54,155 bases of DNA. Source: a virus. Lineage: Duplodnaviria > Caudoviricetes. Each line of letters starts with the position of its first letter. Position 1 is the first letter of the stretch. The stretch covers positions 1 through 54,155 of the IMG/VR virus record IMGVR_UViG_3300009502_001060; one strand, 5' to 3'. Below the pieces are notes generated by a model. The model was not told the DNA's origin. It searched no databases and saw nothing but the letters and a program-made list of their open reading frames with translations. Shown one piece after another: positions 28,025-36,210 of the stretch. A program made the translations under genes and the position numbers.

Positions 28025-28339
28025 TCAATCTTCAATAATTACTTCTATTTTTGTATCTTCTGTGACACACGATTCCAATCCCGACAATTCAATAAACTTA
28101 CCCGCTGGCATTCCACCTTTTTTGCGATTGGAAATTGCCAAATCAAGAATGCTTGACCCCGTGGATAGCCAGTCGGTCACATTCGAGGGATCATCCTCTT
28201 CATCCAAAAAGAAAGAAACTTTTGTTCCGTCTTTCTGTGATTTATTGAGTTCTTTTTGAAGTAAAACTGCCAATTCATCGCGGTCAATATTGGCGTCGGA
28301 TTCAATATGCTTACTGGAGGTCTTCTTTTTGTCGGTCAT
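28025..28339 (-). CDS. uvsX: RecA/UvsX N-terminal fragment ending in a 14-aa IntN
   Basis: WLSTGSSILDLAI...GGMPAGKFIELSGLES|CVTEDTKIEVIIED*. Confidence 0.92.
   Translation of the reverse strand: MTDKKKTSSKHIESDANIDRDELAVLLQKELNKSQKDGTKVSFFLDEEDDPSNVTDWLSTGSSILDLAISNRKKGGMPAGKFIELSGLESCVTEDTKIEVIIED
28028..28069 (-). mobile_element. Atypically split intein, N-fragment (14 aa)
   Basis: Block A only: CVTEDTKIEVIIED followed by TGA. Confidence 0.88.
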
Positions 28340-28356
28340 AAAATTTTTAAAGAATC

Positions 28357-28396
28357 AACTTGGGAATAATAACATAACAGTCATCATTCCCAAGTT
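28357..28396 (-). other. 17-bp RNA hairpin between gp32 and uvsX-N (terminator or processing site)
   Basis: Minus strand aacttgggaatgatgac-tgttat-gttattattcccaagtt; fully paired with two G:U pairs. Confidence 0.65.
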
Positions 28397-28418
28397 ATTT
28401 TAATTCATTTTCCAAGAA

Positions 28419-29297
28419 TTAGGTCTTCTCGAAAAACTTCTCAAACTCATTGGCGAGGTCGGTGTTTGATGGAATCACCGTTGCCGATGTGGCTTGAGTT
28501 ACAGGAGCCACAGAAGGCTGTGCCGACAGCGTGGCAGAGGTAGCAGGAACTGCTTCGTGAGTCGTAACAGCAGTGGAAGCGACACGAGTTTCGGCAACAA
28601 TTTCAGCAGCCTCGGCATCGTCGGGGTTCAACCACTTTTCAACAGCGGTCTTAAGTTCGTCGTAGGACTTCAATGGGAAGATTGTAAGGATGTCTGTCTG
28701 TTCCTTCAACTTCTCCATGAGATCACGACGTTTGGGGTCAACGACTGGAGTAACATTTGGGTCGGCTAGAATAGTCGTCTCGGGGAAGGACTTACCATCC
28801 CTACCTTTCTTATTGCTTTCCTTGTGGAATTCGACTTCGATATCTCGACCTTCAGTCCACGAGGTAATATCACCATATTTGGTATTGGTCATCAACTTCA
28901 GAAGTTGTTTATAGACCTGTACTCCGAAACCCCAGAAACGGACGCCTTGGTCTTCTTCCCCACGAACAATGATTGGTGCGTAGGTACGAGTGACTGGTGC
29001 GAGTTTTGCGGCAATTTCCTTCTCTTCGTTGCTTCCGCTTGCACGGAGAGCATCAATGGTTTCCAGAATAGGATCTGGCTTTCCGAAGGTGCATGGGGCG
29101 AGATAATTGTTCCCGGCAAGCTTATAATAAAACTTCAACTCGATGAATGGATTCTCGGGGTTGAACTTATATGGAACAATACGGACGATTTGAGTTCCTT
29201 CTTTGGGTTTCCAAAGGAGTTTTGCGAATTCTGAGGCTTTTGCGCCATCTTCAAATTGCTTGAGGCGCTCTGCAAGCTTTTGGATGTTAACTGGCAT
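28419..29297 (-). CDS. Single-stranded DNA-binding protein (T4 gp32-like)
   Basis: LWKPKEG...VRIVP...NPFIELKFYY...GVRFWGFG..VY..L...GDIT..EGRD; low-complexity linker; acidic/Phe C-terminal tail. Confidence 0.88.
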   Translation of the reverse strand: MPVNIQKLAERLKQFEDGAKASEFAKLLWKPKEGTQIVRIVPYKFNPENPFIELKFYYKLAGNNYLAPCTFGKPDPILETIDALRASGSNEEKEIAAKLAPVTRTYAPIIVRGEEDQGVRFWGFGVQVYKQLLKLMTNTKYGDITSWTEGRDIEVEFHKESNKKGRDGKSFPETTILADPNVTPVVDPKRRDLMEKLKEQTDILTIFPLKSYDELKTAVEKWLNPDDAEAAEIVAETRVASTAVTTHEAVPATSATLSAQPSVAPVTQATSATVIPSNTDLANEFEKFFEKT

Positions 29298-29413
29298 AGT
29301 AATTTTCCTTTTTTTAATGATTTAATCAGTTAATCGTTAATCATCAATCAACATTGAGTTAACGTTTATAACTATCACAGTTTCGCATAAATCACCGATC
29401 TCAGCAACTTATT

Positions 29414-29926
29414 TTAACAAAAATCTTTGACTTTTTCTAAACCCGCATATTTTGTCAGGTAAGATTTTGCATTCTCAAGTAGAGTCGTATTATCACCGAA
29501 GTACCCTATTCCAAGGTTGCATTTAACACAAAGAAGCCCACGAAGATTACCCGTCAAATGGTCATGGTCAATACAGAGATTTCTTTTACAATCAGCACCC
29601 GACCTACCACAAATCTCACAACATCCGCCTCGCTCTTCCAACATTCGGGCATAGTCTTCTGGCGTCACGCCATAACGTTTTTTGAGAGTAGCCTTCTCAT
29701 CTATCTCACGAGTCCGTTCAGGATTATCAACCCTCCACTTCTGAATCCACTCTCGGTACTTGTCTTTGTGAGATTCTCTCCATTTCCCACTCCACACCCG
29801 TCGCTTCTCCTTGGTATTCTTCCTGTACCGCTGAATATTTTCTTGGTGGGAAAATCTCCACTTACGATGGTATTCTAGTTTTTCAGGAGTAGTCATATTT
29901 TGATCTGTGTCAAAGCATTCACACAT
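29414..29926 (-). CDS. Endonuclease VII-like HNH nuclease
   Basis: RYGVTPEDY...CEICG...IDHDHLTGNLRGLLCVKCNLGIG. Confidence 0.9.
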   Translation of the reverse strand: MCECFDTDQNMTTPEKLEYHRKWRFSHQENIQRYRKNTKEKRRVWSGKWRESHKDKYREWIQKWRVDNPERTREIDEKATLKKRYGVTPEDYARMLEERGGCCEICGRSGADCKRNLCIDHDHLTGNLRGLLCVKCNLGIGYFGDNTTLLENAKSYLTKYAGLEKVKDFC

Positions 29927-30092
29927 CGAACGATCTTATTGTTTTTTCCACATTTTTATCTATATGCTTCCTCACTATTTTAACTATCCATTTAGGTAGA
30001 TTAAATGCGTTGGCGTCACAGTATTCCTTGATGGCATCAAAGTCCTCTTTGGGGAGATTGACTACTCGTTTTTCATTTCGTGGTTTCTTCAT
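29919..30092 (-). CDS. Small ribbon-helix-helix-like protein
   Basis: KRVVNLPKEDFDAIKEYCD..FNLPKWIVKIVRKHI has a beta-alpha-alpha pattern. Start MKKPRN at 30092. Confidence 0.55.
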   Translation of the reverse strand: MKKPRNEKRVVNLPKEDFDAIKEYCDANAFNLPKWIVKIVRKHIDKNVEKTIRSFDV

Positions 30093-30149
30093 ATGCCATA
30101 TACATAGCATAGAAAGGAAATGAAAACGATTTATTCTAATAACTTTTAT

Positions 30150-30548
30150 TCAGTCCAAAATTGCAGAGATTTTTAAGGGGATTATTCGGACAGAAACATC
30201 TCCCGAAATTACGAGAGAATCCGAGTATAACTTCCAGTTCAATATAAACGATTTATCCAAACATCCATGTTCTTCTTTAATGAGAGTGTTAAGAGCGTTT
30301 AAACTATATAAACAATTAAACTCTTTTTTCCGGTGTATTAAAATTGTATTGCTAAACTTCGGAGCATCCTTTCGCATATTCAGAACATTATACGTCAAAT
30401 ACATTTCCTTGGGGTTTTTGGAATTTACGAATGCAAAAATGCGATTGCTATAAACCTCATAAAATTTACGTATCTCTTCGGCAATAACTCGGAAATCATT
30501 GGCGTTGGAAAAGGTACACAATAACTGTCTAGTATCTTGGTCTATCAT
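30150..30548 (-). CDS. Hypothetical phage protein
   Basis: 132 aa; QLLCTF...TYNV...NTILIHRKK..N.LYSLNALN. Confidence 0.65.
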   Translation of the reverse strand: MIDQDTRQLLCTFSNANDFRVIAEEIRKFYEVYSNRIFAFVNSKNPKEMYLTYNVLNMRKDAPKFSNTILIHRKKEFNCLYSLNALNTLIKEEHGCLDKSFILNWKLYSDSLVISGDVSVRIIPLKISAILD

Positions 30549-30569
30549 AAGTTTAAAACAAGTGACTGG

Positions 30570-31319
30570 TTAGGGCTTTACATAATGGGACAAAAAGTTG
30601 ACAGCCTCTCGATATCCTAACTCGTCAGCTTTCTTAAACAATTCTTGTAGCTGACGACGAGTCTCTTCGTTCACTTTTCCCAATGGATTGGAAACATTCG
30701 AAAGAGTCATTCCATCAGTTGTAAAAATCTGTCTAGCAACTTCCTTTTCTGCCGCAACTCGCTGAGGAGTTCTTGGAGCAGACGGAACTGTTGGTGATGG
30801 TGGCATCGGCGGAGGTTCTGGTTGCTCTTCCCCACGGAGCGGTTCAACATCTAATTGCTTGTCACCTTGAAAAATCGTAGGCTCTTTCTCTCTGTCACCA
30901 TCGTCATCATCCTTCTTATGGTCATTATCATCTTTATTATCATCATCAGGAGGAAGTTCTCCAGGCTCTGGCTTAGACCCAGGTGGAGCGTGCTTGGGTT
31001 CTTTTTTATCGGGACGATTAGCCTGTGGAACAGGATTCTGTTCAAAATGAGTGCCACGAGCAATTGCACGGGCTTTGTGTTGTGGAGTAGGAAAAGTACA
31101 TAATATTCCATCTTTATTATATGCTTGCCGTTCAGGAAAACGACCTTCGACCATGCGATTGGTAACATTGACGGCTGCTTCCCGAACAATGCCTTTTTGC
31201 ATGAAATACTCTCGAAGAGCATCCATATGGCCCTGATTATCAAGACGAAAGATGCCATCCGAAATACGATTGTCTAAACAAACTTCATTAAATACTCGGT
31301 CTAATATACGTGATGTCAT
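30570..31319 (-). CDS. Hypothetical protein with Pro/Asp-rich linker
   Basis: 249 aa; TATTTATA 8 nt upstream of the ATG. Confidence 0.65.
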   Translation of the reverse strand: MTSRILDRVFNEVCLDNRISDGIFRLDNQGHMDALREYFMQKGIVREAAVNVTNRMVEGRFPERQAYNKDGILCTFPTPQHKARAIARGTHFEQNPVPQANRPDKKEPKHAPPGSKPEPGELPPDDDNKDDNDHKKDDDDGDREKEPTIFQGDKQLDVEPLRGEEQPEPPPMPPSPTVPSAPRTPQRVAAEKEVARQIFTTDGMTLSNVSNPLGKVNEETRRQLQELFKKADELGYREAVNFLSHYVKP

Positions 31320-31380
31320 AACTCACGTATAAATATACATATAAAAGATCAAGCAACCAATATATTTTGGAACATCATAC

Positions 31381-32748
31381 TTAATGCTGCATTGGCATTT
31401 CCATCATATTATTAAATTCATTTCCGACGGAAATACTTATTGGATAATTTTTATAATCCATGATATTTTTTATATCGTCCATAATACAGACATCATCTTT
31501 ATGAAAATCCAATAATACTGAATCATATTGATACAATATGATTTTTGTTTTTCTATCTCTTATCCTATCCATCATCAGTTTTATTATCCCCATATTCCGT
31601 TCAGTTTCATAAGATTGCAATATATAATTCATCAATTTGTTTGGGGTCATATCTTTTACCCACGACTTATATATTTTCCGTTTGAAAACGGGAGTTTCTA
31701 CGAATCCACAAGCGTTAAACTTTCTCCACAATTCCTCTATTAAGTCTTGAACTTGTCCGAGAAACTTTATATGTAAATACTGCGGCTTAATCTTCCCATA
31801 CAACATTTCAAAGGTTATTTTTTTCGATTGGTTTATATCATATTCATCTATCTGAACCAATGATTTATTGAAATATTGGGAAGCAAGAAAAGAATATGCA
31901 TCATCAATTTGAAATTTATAATCTATAAGACTAGACAACAAGTGAGGATGATACGATTTATAATCAATCAATACCAATTTTCCATCTTTATATCTACTCT
32001 TAATAAATGATCGAGTCCCATCCTTCTTTTTTAATGCCGAATAATTTATCCCGCCGAAAGTATTGGATGGTCTTCCCGACAAATGATACGGATGATATTG
32101 TGTATATATCAGATTATTTTTATCTATATCTTCTTCGTGATGTTTACCAAAATTGCGTAAGAATAAATCTCGATCAACAAAAATCCCATGTTTCTCCAAC
32201 TTCCCAAGAGTTCCTATAATAAGATCATTAAAACGAACGAATGCCAAATCGGGTTCGTATCCTTCGATAAGGTTGGTCAAGTCATCTGCAAGGTCTTCGA
32301 ATGCTTCTTTATGCTTAAGTAAAGGAATGACCAAATTCAATCTGGCATTTCCATTTGCATTTTTACGAATAAGGTAATGAGCAGTGGTCTCGTATTCTGA
32401 AACTTCAAAAATTTCATTCTTTTGCATCCACGACAACAAATTGGCATCACAAACATTTGATGTGCTTATTAATTGATCAAACATCTTTTTATCCAGTGCC
32501 CACTTGCGATTAGGCATAGAACGTAGAATCTCACAAAATACGAGATCGTCAATCTTGGGACCAGAGTCGGGATGACTAAACGAATAATAATAAGTCTTTC
32601 CCGTCAAAGTATTGCGAATAAAAAGAATACATGGCCACGGATAAGCTGCGGGGTGACGGTCGGAAAACTCGGGGATTGCATGTACAATCCAATCGCCTTG
32701 ATGGTTTTCCAGTTGAAACCGTGTAAGGTCTGCGGTAGTCTCTATCAT
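31381..32748 (-). CDS. polA: Short family A DNA polymerase-like protein
   Basis: SGRPSN, motif A LIDYKSYHPHLL, motif B SKKITFEMLYG, NYILQS, motif C YQYDSVL. Confidence 0.8.
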   Translation of the reverse strand: MIETTADLTRFQLENHQGDWIVHAIPEFSDRHPAAYPWPCILFIRNTLTGKTYYYSFSHPDSGPKIDDLVFCEILRSMPNRKWALDKKMFDQLISTSNVCDANLLSWMQKNEIFEVSEYETTAHYLIRKNANGNARLNLVIPLLKHKEAFEDLADDLTNLIEGYEPDLAFVRFNDLIIGTLGKLEKHGIFVDRDLFLRNFGKHHEEDIDKNNLIYTQYHPYHLSGRPSNTFGGINYSALKKKDGTRSFIKSRYKDGKLVLIDYKSYHPHLLSSLIDYKFQIDDAYSFLASQYFNKSLVQIDEYDINQSKKITFEMLYGKIKPQYLHIKFLGQVQDLIEELWRKFNACGFVETPVFKRKIYKSWVKDMTPNKLMNYILQSYETERNMGIIKLMMDRIRDRKTKIILYQYDSVLLDFHKDDVCIMDDIKNIMDYKNYPISISVGNEFNNMMEMPMQH

Positions 32749-32757
32749 CGACTAAGC

Positions 32758-32786
32758 ATAATAACAGATACCCAGTTATAAGTCAA
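32758..32786 (-). promoter_or_regulatory. Sigma70-type promoter for polA
   Basis: TTGACT-N17-TATTAT with TGn extension; ATG 9 nt downstream. Confidence 0.7.
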
Positions 32787-32790
32787 GGAG

Positions 32791-35271
32791 TTAGGTTTTA
32801 ATTCCAAGACGAGCCTTAATGTTTTTTCGGAGAGGAATTATACCTGCCGTGATTTGAGTAATCCATTTACCCGATTCTATGGTTTCCTGAACATCTATAA
32901 TACGAAAAACTATATTCCTTTCGGAATATGGCTCTGGAAGATTACGACACAAAAACATCATAAAGGTACGCAATCCGCCAATCCCTTGAATAGTGAATGT
33001 TGCCTGAATACCAGGCATAATACCCGTATATTTAGGATTATTCTCTTCGTCACTATCATCAAGTAAAAGTTGTTGAATATCTGTCGCTGGTATTGCAAGA
33101 CGGCGAACATTCTTGTCCGTAGTTATCTGATATGAACCGTCACACGGGGCAATTTGCTGCAATTCACGCATCGTGTCTTCAAACCCACTTGTATCTGCTT
33201 TTGGCGTCGGGGCATTCCCAACATTCTCTCCCAAATGTAATCTATCTCGGAACTGGTAGTCAAGCAATTCGTTATTACCATTCGTAATGACCGTCTTATT
33301 ATCGGGATTGTTCATGGGAGCATAAATCGTCCGAATAGCCTGTGCATTACTCAACGTAGGTTTAAATCCAATTCCGAGAAGCAAACTATCCGCATCAAAA
33401 TAGTCAAATGACCATACTGTTCCACGGTTTGAAAACGACATAAACTTATAATCCACAATTTTCATTGGAGCTGGCTCATCTGGCGGCACCGTCACATCCC
33501 CGAGGCCACTGATAAGTCGTAAATCCCAGAATCCACCACATGCTCCATTTACTCCGTCAAGAACTTTCTCAACAAGTTTATAATAGGTGGTAATATCCGA
33601 ACTATTATCAAGCAATCCTTTCAGAAATGACAAGCTAACATAAATATGACGAAGATACCCCGAATAATCAGCAGGATAATCATTGTTTCGAAGTGTCGGG
33701 TGAGGAACTTTGAATGGAAAAGCACAAGTTCCCGATGCAATCCCCTTTTCATATCGTATTGCGTTGATAATCTGGTCAATATCATCCCGATATGCTACTT
33801 TGAGTTGACCGCAAACATCCTGAAGTCGAAAATCCGGAAGTTTATTAGCATCCCGCGCCTCACCTACTGTAGCTGGAACACCAACTTGAGAATCCGCAGG
33901 TTGCAACTTTGCGAAAAAGTCTCCTGCGGTATAATTGTTAGCCTTGGTCTTACCCGGACCGTATATTCCAAAGTGATAATGCGGCGATTTACTGTTCGGA
34001 ATAAAACAAATGGAACCATCACTTGAAATCATATTGGGATGTGCCCCAACAACAACATCATCAATATCCACCCGAAGCATTTCTTTGCCCTTAGTTCCCT
34101 TAAGCGGACACGCATGAAAATTAATGGCATCAATAACAAGTCCCAAGTTTAACCATAACTCTGCATTCTTAGTTTTGTAATCAAAATCTTCCGAAGTATT
34201 TGGCTTATTCTGGAATTTGTTCTGATTATCTTTTGGATCACGTCCATAAAATACACCGTAAAGATATTCATTATCATTACCCTTTGGCTTGTGCGTAGCA
34301 CGAACATATTTGACGAAATCTTTTAACTGCGGTATGTCATCGGGAGGTGTCGTTATTACATTTCTAAATTGGTCAAGAGATTTATCAACAAATTGAATGA
34401 GACTATTGAATTGCTTATTGGTAGTGTCAGAGTCTTCATCTGTAGAAGACTTATCTGATGCAGCAGAATCTACAATTAATCCAGCATAAATACGGTCCTT
34501 CGATGTTATTTCTGTCTTACATCGAAATTTATTTCCATCTACCGTCCATTCGAAATTTGTAACAATACCAAAAATGACATCGTAATTCCCTTTTGATCTG
34601 AGAATGTGGTTTGTATAAAGAGGATATGGATTATTAAAATAACTTTCAAGTTGACCTACATTGGTCAAATCAACTAGCGATACAGGATTATAAAGATTCC
34701 ATCCCCACTCCATAATACATGTAATTCCAGGAATAAGGAAATAAGGAGTCATATATTCGAGTTGTTTCCTGGAGAAACAAACCCATTCGACCGATGCGCG
34801 GCGATAGTGTTCCTTCTGGATTGTAACCTGAATACGTTCAATTTCGGGGGCGGGAACATGAATGGGATAATCTGCGTTCAAATCATTATCAATAGTATGC
34901 GGATCATGCCCCGCACTCGGAACATACCCAATAATAGAAGGGTTTCCAGATGCTTTATTAAATCCATAATCAGAATAAAACCCCTTACCACCATAAAATA
35001 CAAACCCAGGCTTAACCCTATCAACTTTTGAACCATCTGCCTTAAACTGACGACCCATGCTATTAGAACAAAGGCGTACCCACGGAGACATCGGTCCCCT
35101 ATATTTGTCCCAATTCGCAAGATCAGTATTTTCAACATACCGAAAACTGCGATTCTTCTTGCGACGAGATAATTCGGAAATTAAAGCGGCGGGGATAAGA
35201 CAAGATTCCCAGGGGACCACGACCGCTGGGTCTCCGCCACTAGGATTTGCCTCGCTCATTGCGTTTGCCAT
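32791..35271 (-). CDS. Putative baseplate hub/tail-associated structural protein
   Basis: 826 aa in the tail module; PWVRLCS, EWGWN, GIVTNFEW, TIQGIGG motifs; lies after the LysM-like wedge gene. Confidence 0.55.
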   Translation of the reverse strand: MANAMSEANPSGGDPAVVVPWESCLIPAALISELSRRKKNRSFRYVENTDLANWDKYRGPMSPWVRLCSNSMGRQFKADGSKVDRVKPGFVFYGGKGFYSDYGFNKASGNPSIIGYVPSAGHDPHTIDNDLNADYPIHVPAPEIERIQVTIQKEHYRRASVEWVCFSRKQLEYMTPYFLIPGITCIMEWGWNLYNPVSLVDLTNVGQLESYFNNPYPLYTNHILRSKGNYDVIFGIVTNFEWTVDGNKFRCKTEITSKDRIYAGLIVDSAASDKSSTDEDSDTTNKQFNSLIQFVDKSLDQFRNVITTPPDDIPQLKDFVKYVRATHKPKGNDNEYLYGVFYGRDPKDNQNKFQNKPNTSEDFDYKTKNAELWLNLGLVIDAINFHACPLKGTKGKEMLRVDIDDVVVGAHPNMISSDGSICFIPNSKSPHYHFGIYGPGKTKANNYTAGDFFAKLQPADSQVGVPATVGEARDANKLPDFRLQDVCGQLKVAYRDDIDQIINAIRYEKGIASGTCAFPFKVPHPTLRNNDYPADYSGYLRHIYVSLSFLKGLLDNSSDITTYYKLVEKVLDGVNGACGGFWDLRLISGLGDVTVPPDEPAPMKIVDYKFMSFSNRGTVWSFDYFDADSLLLGIGFKPTLSNAQAIRTIYAPMNNPDNKTVITNGNNELLDYQFRDRLHLGENVGNAPTPKADTSGFEDTMRELQQIAPCDGSYQITTDKNVRRLAIPATDIQQLLLDDSDEENNPKYTGIMPGIQATFTIQGIGGLRTFMMFLCRNLPEPYSERNIVFRIIDVQETIESGKWITQITAGIIPLRKNIKARLGIKT

Positions 35272-35870
35272 ATGACCTCCGTATTAGTAATTACATCGAT
35301 GAGTTTATTATACTTTTCGTCATATCTCCAAAACGCCCGAGGATTAAGAAATTCTATCAAACGTTTTTCTCTCTTCTTATCTGTTTGAACCATAGACAAG
35401 GAATGATGTTTCGGTTCATCATACTCAAATATTATATTTTTTTCTTTATCATATCCATCAAGCGAATATCCAATAAATTGAACCTCGCCACCATTCATTC
35501 CGTGTTGTAACTTTGTTCCGAATCTTAAATTAAATTGATCTATGAAATTGCAAGCGATAGGACTGAATGTTCGTTGAGTACTTTGAAAATATATCTGTTT
35601 CAGCTTATTTTCCCGACATTTTTGTTTGAAAGATTCACCATAACTTTCGGTTGTTCGTTTTTCTTTTAAAACACAACTCATTCTATCTTTATATTCTGGC
35701 AATTGAAAAAAGGATTTATCAGCATATTTAGCGCCTTCTATTCCTCCACACTTTCGGCATCTTGTATTTTTTCTGATACAATATAAATAACTTTTTACTG
35801 ATTTATAAACCTGTTCTCCGCCACATTTGGGGCAATTCTTTTTCCACAATTTTTCTTTATCGGGGTTCAT
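35256..35870 (-). CDS. Putative homing endonuclease (Zn ribbon + Vsr-like/EDxHD nuclease)
   Basis: CPKC..CRKC; HGMNGGE...LDGYDKEKNIIFEYDEPKHH...D..RE. Confidence 0.78.
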   Translation of the reverse strand: MNPDKEKLWKKNCPKCGGEQVYKSVKSYLYCIRKNTRCRKCGGIEGAKYADKSFFQLPEYKDRMSCVLKEKRTTESYGESFKQKCRENKLKQIYFQSTQRTFSPIACNFIDQFNLRFGTKLQHGMNGGEVQFIGYSLDGYDKEKNIIFEYDEPKHHSLSMVQTDKKREKRLIEFLNPRAFWRYDEKYNKLIDVITNTEVIWQTQ

Positions 35871-35879
35871 TATAATTAT

Positions 35880-35908
35880 ATTTTATCATTCAACAACAAA
35901 AAAGTCAA
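35880..35908 (-). promoter_or_regulatory. Sigma70-type promoter of the endonuclease gene
   Basis: TTGACT-N17-TAAAAT with TGn extension; ATG 9 nt downstream. Confidence 0.7.
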
Positions 35909-35909
35909 G

Positions 35910-36209
35910 TTATTGTGAATTCAGTTGATTATAATTAATAAGAATACTACCCACATCAATAGGAATACGTAGTGTTAGCCCAGGTGGAATGCTCAGACGA
36001 CCTTTTCCCAAATTATTGGCCAAAGCAATAATCCAGAAAAGAGATGGGTCTTGGTAGTATTTGAGGGCTAAGGAATCAAGATAATCTTCGGAGTTTGATA
36101 CTACTTGAATATCACTATCCTGTGGAACAATAAGAGGATAAGTAACCGTCTTATAGACTCGTTTTCCGTCCCATCGGGTTTTCACTGGTATGTCTTCGTA
36201 TCGAATCAT
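35910..36209 (-). CDS. LysM-like baseplate wedge protein (gp53/gpX-like)
   Basis: DYLDSLALKYYQDPSLFWIIALANN...IPPGLTLRIP. Confidence 0.82.
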   Translation of the reverse strand: MIRYEDIPVKTRWDGKRVYKTVTYPLIVPQDSDIQVVSNSEDYLDSLALKYYQDPSLFWIIALANNLGKGRLSIPPGLTLRIPIDVGSILINYNQLNSQ

Positions 36210-36210
36210 A

